The notes below the pieces were generated by a model, which did not search any database, was not told the DNA's origin, and was given only the letters and a program-made list of their open reading frames with translations. Made by a program: the position numbers and the translations under genes. A DNA stretch of 64,000 nt from NCBI GenBank assembly GCA_963676615.1, contig OY781092.1, positions 704,001 to 768,000 on the forward strand, read 5' to 3'. The stretch comes from Candidatus Cloacimonadota bacterium (GTDB lineage Bacteria > Cloacimonadota > Cloacimonadia > G963667145). Position 1 is the stretch's first letter; the number at the start of each line of letters is the position of its first letter. Shown in pieces: positions 55,939-64,000 of the stretch.

Positions 55939-58503
55939 ATGGAATACCCATTTATAGAGATTGAGAAAAAATGGCAAAAAATCTGGGACGACAAAAAAAT
56001 TTTTGCCGCGCAAGATCAAAGCGACAAAGAGAAAAAATATATCCTCTCGATGTTCCCCTATCCGTCGGGCGATTTGCATATGGGGCACATTTCCAACTAC
56101 TCCATTGGCGACGCCCTAGCGCGATTTTATCTGCAATCTGGCTACAATGTCCTGCAACCTATGGGCTACGACTCTTTCGGAATGCCAGCCGAAAATTTTG
56201 CCATTCAGCACAACTCGCATCCAAAAATCACCACCGAAGAAAATATCGCCAAAATGAAAAAACAGCTCACAGCAATGGGCTTCGGTTTCGACTGGTCTCG
56301 CGAGGTCTCCACCTGCCGACCAGACTACTACAAATGGGGTCAATGGCTCTTCAAGCGAATGTATGAAAAAGGGCTGATTTACAAAAAAAAATCTTTTGTC
56401 AATTGGTGCCCAAGCTGCGCGACAGTCCTTGCCAACGAGCAAGTCGAAGACGGCAAATGCTGGCGCTGCGAGAGCGTCGTCGTCAAAAAAGAGCTGGAGC
56501 AATGGTTCGCCAAAATCACCGACTACGCCGAAGAACTTTTGGACACATCCGACCTTGTTGATTGGCCAGAAAAAGTCAAACTAATGCAAAAAAATTGGAT
56601 CGGCAGAAGCACAGGCGTAACGATAAATTTCTTGTTTGAAGATCAAAAACTGCCCGTATTTACCACCAGACCAGACACAATTTTCGGCGTAACCTTTATG
56701 GCTATCGCCCCAGAACACCCGCTTACGCAAAAATTTTTGCAAGAGGAAGGCGAAAACTCCAAGCTTTACCAATTTTGCCAAAAAGTGATGAGCCAAGACA
56801 ACAGCCAGCGCACCGCCGAAGACAAAGACAAAGAAGGAATTTTCACTGGCAGATATTGCGTCAATCCCGTAAGCGGCGAAAAAGTCGAAATATGGGTAAC
56901 TAACTATGTGCTAATGAATTACGGTACTGGCGCGGTGATGGCTGTGCCGGCGCACGACACGCGCGACTTTCTTTTTGCCAAAAAATACAACATCGGCATA
57001 AAAGTCGTTGTGCAAAACGATGACAAAAACTTGGACGCGCAAACAATGAGCGAAGCTTTCACCGACGACGGCACAATGATAAACTCCGCCCAGTTCGACG
57101 GGCTCGGCAACCAAGATTGCCTGGAAAAAATCGCCGACTGGATCGCCAGCGAAAATTTTGGCGAAAAAAGCGTCAACTACAAACTGCGAGACTGGGGGCT
57201 CTCACGCCAGCGTTACTGGGGCAACCCGATTCCAGTGGTCTATTGCCAAAAATGCGGAACGCAACTCGTTCCCGACGAACAGCTGCCAGTGCTGCTGCCA
57301 GACGACATCCAAATCGGCAAAACCAAGCAAAATCCTCTACTCTCCGCAACAAAATGGCTAAAAACGACTTGCCCAAAATGCGGCGGCGAAGCTAGACGCG
57401 AGACCGACACGATGGACACTTTCGTGGACTCCTCCTGGTACTTTGCCCGCTATTGCGACGCCCACAACCAAGATGCACCATTCGACAAAGAAAAAGCCGG
57501 CTACTGGCTGCCCGTGGATCAATACATCGGCGGAATCGAGCACGCTGTGCTCCACCTGCTCTACGCAAGATTTTTTCACAAATTTATGCGCGACATCGGA
57601 CTCACAAATTGCAACGAGCCGTTCTCTCGCCTACTCACGCAAGGGATGGTCTGCATGCAAACTTTCCGTTGCCCAAAAGACGGCTACATCTTCCCGCAAG
57701 ACGCAATTGTCGAAGGGAAAACAGCGACCTGCGCCCTGTGCGGTTCGCCCGTCACAATCGGCAACATCGAAAAAATGAGCAAATCCAAAAAAAATGTCGT
57801 CAACCCAAACGACTATCTGCAACGCTTCGGCGCCGACACCCTCAGGACATTCGTCCTCTTTGCCTCTCCTCCAGAAAAAGATGTCGATTGGAACGACAAA
57901 GCCGTCGGCGGTGCTTTCCGTTTTTTGAACAGAATCTACAAAATTTTTGTAAAAAACAAAGATTTTCTAACCAAAGAATACTCTTGCGACGGCGAAATTT
58001 CGACGCAATACGAAGAGCTTCGCTACTCCAGCCACTATGCTGTCAAAAAAGCTGTCGGCTATATTCGCGAAAAATTGCAATTCAACACAGCAATCGCCGC
58101 CGTGATGGAGCACCTGAACAACCTCTACTCTGCAAAATCTCCCGCAACTTCCGCCGAAAAAGCGATTTACAAAGAGGCGCACACCATCATCCCAAAAATA
58201 ATCTACCCGTTCGCTCCGCACCTTTGCGAAGAAATTTGGCAAATGATTGGCGGCGCTAACCTTTTGCACGAGAGTGGTTTGCCGACCTACGACGAAAAAT
58301 ATTTGGTCAAAAACGATATAACTTTGGTGATTCAGGTTATGGGAAAAATCCGAGCTCAGCTCGAAACCAGCAAGAATGCACCCAAAGAGGAGATTATCGC
58401 CAAAGCCAAAGAGATTGACAATGTGCAAAAATTTTTAGCGGGCAAAACGATTGTAAAAGAGATCGTTGTCCCGAACAAGCTCATCAACTTTGTGATTAAA
58501 TAG
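55939..58503 (+). CDS. leuS: Leucine--tRNA ligase
   Basis: MFPYPSG.LHMGH, FTTRPDT, GTGAVMAVPAHD, SRQRYWG.PIP, KMSKS. Confidence 0.98.
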   Translation: MEYPFIEIEKKWQKIWDDKKIFAAQDQSDKEKKYILSMFPYPSGDLHMGHISNYSIGDALARFYLQSGYNVLQPMGYDSFGMPAENFAIQHNSHPKITTEENIAKMKKQLTAMGFGFDWSREVSTCRPDYYKWGQWLFKRMYEKGLIYKKKSFVNWCPSCATVLANEQVEDGKCWRCESVVVKKELEQWFAKITDYAEELLDTSDLVDWPEKVKLMQKNWIGRSTGVTINFLFEDQKLPVFTTRPDTIFGVTFMAIAPEHPLTQKFLQEEGENSKLYQFCQKVMSQDNSQRTAEDKDKEGIFTGRYCVNPVSGEKVEIWVTNYVLMNYGTGAVMAVPAHDTRDFLFAKKYNIGIKVVVQNDDKNLDAQTMSEAFTDDGTMINSAQFDGLGNQDCLEKIADWIASENFGEKSVNYKLRDWGLSRQRYWGNPIPVVYCQKCGTQLVPDEQLPVLLPDDIQIGKTKQNPLLSATKWLKTTCPKCGGEARRETDTMDTFVDSSWYFARYCDAHNQDAPFDKEKAGYWLPVDQYIGGIEHAVLHLLYARFFHKFMRDIGLTNCNEPFSRLLTQGMVCMQTFRCPKDGYIFPQDAIVEGKTATCALCGSPVTIGNIEKMSKSKKNVVNPNDYLQRFGADTLRTFVLFASPPEKDVDWNDKAVGGAFRFLNRIYKIFVKNKDFLTKEYSCDGEISTQYEELRYSSHYAVKKAVGYIREKLQFNTAIAAVMEHLNNLYSAKSPATSAEKAIYKEAHTIIPKIIYPFAPHLCEEIWQMIGGANLLHESGLPTYDEKYLVKNDITLVIQVMGKIRAQLETSKNAPKEEIIAKAKEIDNVQKFLAGKTIVKEIVVPNKLINFVIK

Positions 58504-58514
58504 CGACCGGAAAT

Positions 58515-59207
58515 TTGAGCAGATTAAGTGGCAAAGTCGCCAGAGCGATAAAAGATTACCAGATGATTTCGGCGGGCTCAACCGTGGGCGTCGCCGTCTC
58601 TGGCGGAAAAGACAGCGTTGCGCTGCTTTATCTGCTTGCACACCTGCAAAAATCGCTTCAGTTTCGGCTTTACCCCGTTCACGCAAAAATTGCCGACTAC
58701 GACACAACACCTATCAGATTGCTATGCAGGCAGTTACAGCTGCCATACACCGAGTTGGAGGTCAAGCTCGACTACACAAAGCTAAGCAAAAAAGAGTGCT
58801 TCGTCTGCTCACGCCTGATCAAAGGCTACATCACCGAGCACCTGCAATCGCAAAACATCACAGCCGCAGCTTTCGGTCATCATGCGGACGATGTCGCCGC
58901 CACTTTTCTCATCAATCTGCTAAATCACAACAAAGTCGGAGCTTTTTTGCCAGTCCTCTCTGGAACAAAATCGGGAGTGAACACCATCAGACCGCTGATT
59001 TACATCCGAGAAAAAGAGCTGAAAAATTTGGTGAAAGCCAAAAATCTGCCGCTGCTAAATTACAAATGCCCTTATGCAAAAGACAATAGCCGCCTAGAGT
59101 TAAAAGAAAAAACCAAGCAACTCGAAAAAATTTTAGAGTGCGCAAATCTGCCCAAAACGATTATCAAAGCGTTGCAATCGCAAAGTAAATCCGAATTTTG
59201 GGACTAA
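58515..59207 (+). CDS. TtcA-family PP-loop tRNA thiolation protein
   Basis: AI.DY.MI, SGGKDS, CxxC, GHH.DD, IRPL.Y..E, CP. Confidence 0.8.
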   Translation: MSRLSGKVARAIKDYQMISAGSTVGVAVSGGKDSVALLYLLAHLQKSLQFRLYPVHAKIADYDTTPIRLLCRQLQLPYTELEVKLDYTKLSKKECFVCSRLIKGYITEHLQSQNITAAAFGHHADDVAATFLINLLNHNKVGAFLPVLSGTKSGVNTIRPLIYIREKELKNLVKAKNLPLLNYKCPYAKDNSRLELKEKTKQLEKILECANLPKTIIKALQSQSKSEFWD

Positions 59208-59225
59208 AAAAAACGGAGAAATTTT

Positions 59226-60254
59226 ATGAGCATTAGCTGTTTACGACTGGAAAACGAAAAACTATTTTTAATCGACCAACGCAAACTACCCAAAAAATAC
59301 ACCGAATTTGAGTGCAAAAATTATCACGATGTCATCTTCGCCATCGCCGAAATGGTTGTGCGAGGCGCTCCCGCAATCGGCGCAGTTGCTGCCTTTGGGA
59401 TGTTCCTGGCTGGCAAAGAGTTCGCCGAAAGCGACAATTTTTTTGAAAAAATGACCTCTGCCAAAAATGAGCTAGACGCCGCAAGACCGACCGCCATAAA
59501 TTTAATGTGGGCAACGGGCAGAATGCTCTCCGTGCTAGACAAAGCGGCCTCAAACCAAAAGAATTGCCAAGCCTTGAAAATCGAAGCCGACAAAATCGCC
59601 CAAGAAGACATCGCCATCAACAAAAAAATGGGCAAAATCGGCGCCGAAATCGTTCCCACAAAAGCGACAATCCTCACCCACTGCAACACAGGCGCTTTGG
59701 CGACAGTAGGTCACGGAACAGCTCTGGGGGTCGTCCGCTCGGCAATCGAAAAGGGCAAAGAAATTTTCGTCTATGCCGACGAAACCAGACCACGCCTGCA
59801 AGGAGCAAGGCTCACCGCTTGGGAACTTTCACAAGAAAAAATCCCGTCTTGCTTAATCGCCGACAGCGTCGCTGCCACTTTAATCAGAGACGGGAAAATC
59901 GACTTAATCTTGGTCGGAGCAGACCGCATCGCCGCCAACGGCGACACCACCAACAAAATCGGCACTTTTATGCTCAGCGTCCTCGCCCAAAAATACGGCG
60001 TCCCCTTCTATGTTGTCGCCCCCACATCTACCATCGACTTGCAAACGCCCACAGGCGAGCAAATCGAAATCGAAGAGCGCGACGACAACGAAGTCAGCTT
60101 CGTCTCAGGCAAGCAAGTCGCTCCGCTGGATATGAAAATCTACAATCCCGCTTTCGATGTCACTCCCGCAGAAAATATCACCGGAATAATCACCGAAAAC
60201 GGAATTGCTAACTCGCCATTTAGCAAACAATTAAAAAACTTCTGCCAAATATAA
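59226..60254 (+). CDS. mtnA: Methylthioribose-1-phosphate isomerase
   Basis: VRGAPAIG, RPTAINL, LTHCNTGALA, ETRP.LQGARLT, GADRIA.NGD..NKIGT, NPAFDVTP. Confidence 0.95.
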   Translation: MSISCLRLENEKLFLIDQRKLPKKYTEFECKNYHDVIFAIAEMVVRGAPAIGAVAAFGMFLAGKEFAESDNFFEKMTSAKNELDAARPTAINLMWATGRMLSVLDKAASNQKNCQALKIEADKIAQEDIAINKKMGKIGAEIVPTKATILTHCNTGALATVGHGTALGVVRSAIEKGKEIFVYADETRPRLQGARLTAWELSQEKIPSCLIADSVAATLIRDGKIDLILVGADRIAANGDTTNKIGTFMLSVLAQKYGVPFYVVAPTSTIDLQTPTGEQIEIEERDDNEVSFVSGKQVAPLDMKIYNPAFDVTPAENITGIITENGIANSPFSKQLKNFCQI

Positions 60255-60327
60255 CGGCTTTTTTCGATTGACCAAAATTTGAGATTTAAAACTTTGGGGT
60301 AAATAAAATTAAACAAGGAGGAAAAAA

Positions 60328-60645
60328 ATGAAAAGATCCATTATTTTAGTTTTTGCATTGTCTGCGTTGCTGCTGAGCGGTTGTGCTGCTGTAAGAGGTC
60401 CATTGGTTGGTATTATCAGCTCAAATGTTACCTCTCCAGTTGCTGTTAACCCAGGAAGCATGTCTGGTCTGAAAAAAGGCACAGCTACAGCTTCGTCAAT
60501 CTTGGGCATCATCGCTTCTGGCGACGCTAGTATCGCCGCTGCTTGCGAAAACGGCAACATCACTCAAGTTGTAGCCGTTGACTGCAAAACCAGCAACATC
60601 TTGGGATTTTACGCTGAATATACAACTATTGTATACGGCAAGTAA
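60328..60645 (+). CDS. TRL-like family lipoprotein
   Basis: LLSGC lipobox, K.G.A....ILG....GDASI.AA...G.I, T.VYG end. Confidence 0.8.
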   Translation: MKRSIILVFALSALLLSGCAAVRGPLVGIISSNVTSPVAVNPGSMSGLKKGTATASSILGIIASGDASIAAACENGNITQVVAVDCKTSNILGFYAEYTTIVYGK

Positions 60646-60661
60646 ATCGACACATTTAAAC

Positions 60662-60690
60662 AAAAAGCCCATCACACGATGGGCTTTTTT
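60662..60690. terminator. Bidirectional terminator
   Basis: AAAAAGCCCATC-ACAC-GATGGGCTTTTT. Confidence 0.85.
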
Positions 60691-60707
60691 CTTTCTCTAC
60701 CAAATCG

Positions 60708-62048
60708 TTAAAAATGATACATTTTGTCCAAGTAGGTCGATTTTTTTTGCAACTCTGTAAACCTTGCGAACATCTTGTCCGAAATAGCCACTTGGTTGTC
60801 TAGCAAGTCGGCAAAAGGTTTGTCCAGCTCGGGATTGACATTGAAGTCGTCCAAAAGGATTTTGCCCTCTTTGATGACATGCTGCACGCGCGCCTCGGTG
60901 ATGCCGAAGAAGTAGTGCCCAAAGAAGCTATTTGCATCGAACGCCGTCATCGGCACATAGTCGGTAATCGCCAAATCAGCTTTTTGTCCTTCGATTACTC
61001 CCAATGGGAAACCGTATTTTTGCTTGATTTCGTAGGCATTTGCGAACATCGAAATCATCTCTGGGAAGCCCAAATCGGCGTTACGGCTTTGGAATTTGGT
61101 CACAATTGCCGAATTTTTTTGCGCTTTTAGACAGCTGGAATGCATACCGTCAGTTCCCGCTGTAATCCGAAGTCCTGCGTCCACAAACTCGTTCAACTTC
61201 GCAGCGTTCAGCCCGTTGTTCATATTGGAGTCGATCGCCTGACCGATGAAGATATTTTTCGACGCCAAAGTTTTCAGCTCGCTCAGAGTCAAGTTGCTGG
61301 CGTGGATAATCAAAGAGTTGTCGCGAAGCAAGCCAAAGTCGTTGAGGCGCTCCACCAGCGGCTTGCCATAATTTCGCCAAGAGTACTCTTGGTCAACGCC
61401 ACCTTCTGCCACATGGCAGTGAATCGGTGCTTGCGTATTTTTTGCCAAATAGTCCAGCGCCTGATCTGGCAAAGTCAAAAGAGCGTGCATTCCCGTAAGC
61501 CCTTTGAGCATCGGGTCGCCGCTCACCTCTTTGGCAAAGCGAGCGTTTTCTGCGACGGTTCTCTCAAAATACTCCTTGCCGTTGCGAACTGTGGTCTCGA
61601 AAGCCAAACCGCCGTTCACTCCATAGGCGGCAAAAATTTCGCCCATTTCGCTCAGAGAATTTTCTACATTTCCAGAAATATGATGGTCAAAAACTGTCGT
61701 CACGCCTGCCTTGAGCGAGTCCCGCATACACAAAGCGGTCGAAAGCCTTGTCGATTCAGAATCCAGCGCTTGATCCAAAAGCCACCAGAGCTGAGCCAGC
61801 GTCCGCTCAAATGTGCAAAACGGCACTTCACACGGAATTCCTTTCGACAAACAAGAGTAAATATGATGGTGCGTGTTCACCATTCCTGGCAAAATCACCT
61901 GATTTTCGGCGTTAATCTCCCTGTCAACGGGCTTGCTTGACGAAAAACGAACGACGCCGTCTTCGACATAAACATCTTTTTTTTCTACTGCCACATCTGC
62001 TCCACCACGCGGAGTTATCAGATATCCACCTTTGATAAGAATATTCAT
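60708..62048 (-). CDS. SsnA-like metal-dependent amidohydrolase (purine catabolism-associated family)
   Basis: PG.VNTHHHIYS, WW.LD.ALD, GVTTVFDHH, H.HVAEG, SNMNN, GTDG. Confidence 0.82.
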   Translation of the reverse strand: MNILIKGGYLITPRGGADVAVEKKDVYVEDGVVRFSSSKPVDREINAENQVILPGMVNTHHHIYSCLSKGIPCEVPFCTFERTLAQLWWLLDQALDSESTRLSTALCMRDSLKAGVTTVFDHHISGNVENSLSEMGEIFAAYGVNGGLAFETTVRNGKEYFERTVAENARFAKEVSGDPMLKGLTGMHALLTLPDQALDYLAKNTQAPIHCHVAEGGVDQEYSWRNYGKPLVERLNDFGLLRDNSLIIHASNLTLSELKTLASKNIFIGQAIDSNMNNGLNAAKLNEFVDAGLRITAGTDGMHSSCLKAQKNSAIVTKFQSRNADLGFPEMISMFANAYEIKQKYGFPLGVIEGQKADLAITDYVPMTAFDANSFFGHYFFGITEARVQHVIKEGKILLDDFNVNPELDKPFADLLDNQVAISDKMFARFTELQKKSTYLDKMYHF

Positions 62049-62214
62049 TTTCGTATTCTCCTTAATAATTTTCATCTGCCTCAAATCAAAAAATAGGCGA
62101 ATATGTTGTCAAATGCTATTTGCCACTTTTATTTCAATTCAAGCCAACAATGCTTGACATTTCGACCTCTCAAAAAAAAATAAATTTATCAAACAATTAA
62201 GGATTCATCAAGGT

Positions 62215-63162
62215 ATGAAAAGAAAAACGGCGCTATTTTTACTCTTTTGCTTCGGAATTTTGTGGGGAGCCAAAATAAACGACACCACCTATATAATAGA
62301 GGGCAAAACCTACATTTACCGAAAACCCAAGCTCTTCGACTGTCTGACCAAAGCCCCTGGCGATGTTTGGGATTTTGTGAAAGCGGGCGGAAATCCGCAA
62401 AACTTCAAGTGGATGGCTCTCACGGCTTTGTCAACAGCGGGCTTGATACGATACGACGAGCAAATCACCGAAGAAGGCAGAAGATGGGGGCACGACCTGC
62501 ACATCAGCGCCGAGACCTCAAACTCCATCGGCTTTCCGTTTTTGGAACTGCCGACCGACATCGGAACTGGACTATATTTCATCGGCGACGGAGCCGTTCA
62601 CATCGGACTTATGACCGGATTTTTGGCATACGGACTGAACAAAGACGACAACCGAGCCTTGCAGACGGCGTCTCAAATCGCAGAAGGGATGCTCACCTCG
62701 GGACTTTTTACCGTACAGATCCTAAAGCACATCACAGGGCGCACATCGCCCAGAGCCAACGCAGACGCAAGCGGCGTTTACCGCGACAAATGGCGACCGT
62801 TTCCAAATCAAATCGCCTATCACAAAAATGTCTCCCACTACGACGCGTTCCCTTCGGGTCACCTAGCCACCTCGATGATGACCTACACCGTCATCACCGA
62901 AAATTATCCCGAATATTTTTGGATAAAGCCGCTTGGAATAACGCTGATGACCGCACTTTCGTTCCAGATGGTCAACAACGGCGTGCACTGGGCGAGCGAC
63001 TATCCGCTTGCGATTCTCATCGGCAGATTTTACGGAAAAATCGCTGTGGAAAAAGGTCGCAAGCAGCTAACAAAAAGCGACCAAAAAAATGCGAGCAACT
63101 TCAACTTTATGCCCGCAATCGTCGGGAACGGCTACGGAGTGATGGCTTGTTATGATTTCTAG
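62215..63162 (+). CDS. PAP2-superfamily exported/membrane phosphatase
   Basis: K...GR..P, FPSGH, HWASD. Confidence 0.8.
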   Translation: MKRKTALFLLFCFGILWGAKINDTTYIIEGKTYIYRKPKLFDCLTKAPGDVWDFVKAGGNPQNFKWMALTALSTAGLIRYDEQITEEGRRWGHDLHISAETSNSIGFPFLELPTDIGTGLYFIGDGAVHIGLMTGFLAYGLNKDDNRALQTASQIAEGMLTSGLFTVQILKHITGRTSPRANADASGVYRDKWRPFPNQIAYHKNVSHYDAFPSGHLATSMMTYTVITENYPEYFWIKPLGITLMTALSFQMVNNGVHWASDYPLAILIGRFYGKIAVEKGRKQLTKSDQKNASNFNFMPAIVGNGYGVMACYDF

Positions 63163-63718
63163 AGCTAAAAAATTCCCCTTTTTGAGCAAAAAAGCGCTTG
63201 TCGCTTTGATTTTTTTCGCCTTCGCCACAACTAGTTTCGCCAGAACAAAAAGCGATTTTGAAGTCACGGGAGATGTTTTACAGATTTTGTTGCCCGTTTC
63301 GGTGGCGACCACCAACATCTATCTCAAAGATTATCAAGGACTTAAGCAATTCACATACGCCTTTGGCTCGTCGCTTGCCACCACATATCTGCTAAAATAC
63401 AGCATCAACCGCAAAAGACCCGACGGCACAGACTACTCATTCCCCTCTGGACACACCAACGCCGCATTCTCTGCCGCCTCGTTCATCCAATTTCGCTACG
63501 GCTGGAAAAAAGCGATACCAGCCTACATTTTGGCGTCCTATGTCGGCTACTCCCGCGTTCGTGCCGAAAGACACTACCAATCCGATGTTTACGCTGGTGC
63601 ACTCATCGGAATTTGCTTCTCCTACCTCTATGCAACACCCTACAAACCGAAAAATTTGCTCGTATCCCCAATCTTGCAAAAAAATTATCTCAGCGTAAGC
63701 CTAACTTACCGCTACTAA
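63152..63718 (+). CDS. PAP2 phosphatase (LpxE-like)
   Basis: KYSINRKRP, SFPSGH, SRV...RH..SDV. Confidence 0.85.
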   Translation: MISRAKKFPFLSKKALVALIFFAFATTSFARTKSDFEVTGDVLQILLPVSVATTNIYLKDYQGLKQFTYAFGSSLATTYLLKYSINRKRPDGTDYSFPSGHTNAAFSAASFIQFRYGWKKAIPAYILASYVGYSRVRAERHYQSDVYAGALIGICFSYLYATPYKPKNLLVSPILQKNYLSVSLTYRY

Positions 63719-63719
63719 A

Positions 63720-64000
63720 TCACTTACCTATTTTTTTGGCGTCCTGCCACAAAGCTTCCATCTCCTGCACACTCGCCTGAGCAAGCTCTTTTTTGCTTTG
63801 CCTGAAATGGTCTTCGATATGCCCAAAACGGCGCCGAAACTTCGCACAAGCCTCCCGCAAACTGCTCTCGGCGTCCAGCTTGAAATAGTTCGCATAACTC
63901 ACCAACGCAAACAGCAAATCGCCAAACTCCTCCTGTGTGTGCGCCCGATCTTGCTTCTGCACAGCCTCTTCCAGCTCCGCTAGCTCTTCCCTAATTTTCG
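63720..64000 (-). CDS. mazG: Nucleoside triphosphate pyrophosphohydrolase MazG, 3' part (start outside window)
   Basis: EELAELEEA...EEFGDLLFALV......DAE..LR.A..KF.RRF..IE...ME.LW..AK. Confidence 0.9.
   Translation of the reverse strand, partial: KIREELAELEEAVQKQDRAHTQEEFGDLLFALVSYANYFKLDAESSLREACAKFRRRFGHIEDHFRQSKKELAQASVQEMEALWQDAKKIGK

Overview
This is a mostly housekeeping chromosomal segment from an anaerobic diderm bacterium. KdsA, a PldA-like protein, porins and Na+-pumping OadGAB support that reading; the gene styles tentatively suggest Cloacimonadota, which I cannot verify. It holds about 55 CDS, two tRNAs (Lys-CTT, Glu-CTC) and a CIRCE-controlled stand-alone groEL. A ~1 kb islet of relic or foreign DNA lies at 29.35-30.3 kb. 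I saw no CRISPR array, integrase, transposase, prophage or rRNA. The best signals beyond the ORF track are: (1) a SAM-II (SAM-alpha)-like riboswitch covering the metK RBS; (2) a xanthine-dehydrogenase-family gene with a Moco-then-FAD fusion, inside a transporter-rich cluster with a split FUSC pair and three tandem rarD copies; (3) a probable AUA start for queA; (4) two uncalled small ORFs, ribosomal protein bS22 and a 48-aa lipoprotein; (5) apparent absence of the tetramer ACGT; (6) promoters with a perfect TTGACA but a non-TATAAT -10, some implying leaderless mRNAs. I could not establish a wholly new multi-gene system. All protein calls come from motif recognition by eye, not from database searches.
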